A stretch of DNA of 20,000 bases, taken from Saprolegnia diclina VS20 (Eukaryota). The notes beneath the pieces were generated by a model, which saw only the letters and a program-made list of their open reading frames with translations, did not search any database and had not been told where the DNA came from. The DNA is taken from positions 141,672-161,671 of the forward strand of contig NW_008246097.1 of assembly GCF_000281045.1 (NCBI RefSeq), written 5' to 3'. Position numbers and translations under genes: made by a program. Shown piece after piece: positions 19,372-20,000 of this stretch (positions are counted from its first letter, which is position 1; each line of letters opens with the position of its first letter).

Positions 19372-20000
19372 AGTGTAATGAAGCACCATTAGTCAACGCA
19401 GTTTTATCAGTTTATTGTTATTGATGCGTGTATGAGGAAACAGTGATTAAGCCAAATGAATCCAAAGTCAGATTTTCTTTGTATTGTCCGTCTAAAATAT
19501 TGTACCGCGTGCACACGATCCAGGGGATGCTCTACGGGATAAGGACTTGGCGTGATCTCGTATCGCGCAAGAAGCCGACGAAGCTCGAGCTGCTCGGGCT
19601 CTTGGGCGAGGTTACGACGCAGGTGCAGCGTGTCCGGCCTAGAGTGCAGTTGTCCACGGCCTTGGTAGCGGTATCTTCCGTCCTAAAGACACCCATAGTT
19701 TCAAACTCGCTAGACGTTGAGGCGCGGAGCGCGGGCCAGAGAATTCGAAACGCGCTTGGTGCAGTATGTTGTAGGTCGTCTTGGGCGTCGAGACGAGGCC
19801 GCCGGAGAGCATCGCTGGTTTGCGACCGCGTGGTTCTTGCCAAATGTCCTGTACTTGGCCTTTAGCCGTCCAACGCTGCTGTTAAGGTAATCACAGTCGA
19901 CGAGGAAGTGGCGACGTGACAGACCCGAAAGTTTATTTCCATAATGAACCAAGTTCACGCATGACTGAGGTTCTCTACAATGGTTAACGTATATAAATCT

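Noticed and set aside
19428..19865. 145-aa ORF after the gap
   Set aside because: No ATG at the called start and no recognisable family. The middle part looks coding-like but cannot be supported as a gene.
1..20000. CRISPR arrays, tRNA/rRNA genes, intact transposons or prokaryotic defence systems
   Set aside because: No repeat-spacer periodicity, structural RNA signature, transposase/RT motif or terminal repeats were seen, and the DNA is eukaryotic with spliceosomal introns.

Overview
Eukaryotic, gene-dense window with short (about 40-55 nt) GT-AG introns and oomycete-type INR+FPR core promoters. It is most consistent with an oomycete, probably Saprolegniales (inference). In order it contains: the 3' end of an unknown gene; a multi-exon DNAAF4/DYX1C1-like dynein assembly factor with an apparently duplicated TPR block; a small single-TM acidic protein; a degraded TKL-kinase pseudogene; a large coiled-coil/low-complexity protein; two tandem intronless cytochrome P450s followed by a co-oriented DUF2235 (Tle1-like) alpha/beta hydrolase; a PRA1-family gene; an uncharacterised multipass membrane protein; two tandem 93-aa stand-alone PARP-type zinc-finger genes; and a 256-N assembly gap. 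The most notable observations are the zf-PARP microprotein pair, the hydrolase-P450-P450 trio, and an inverted CCAAT element shared by both P450 promoters. All family calls come from motif recognition by eye; no database searches were run.
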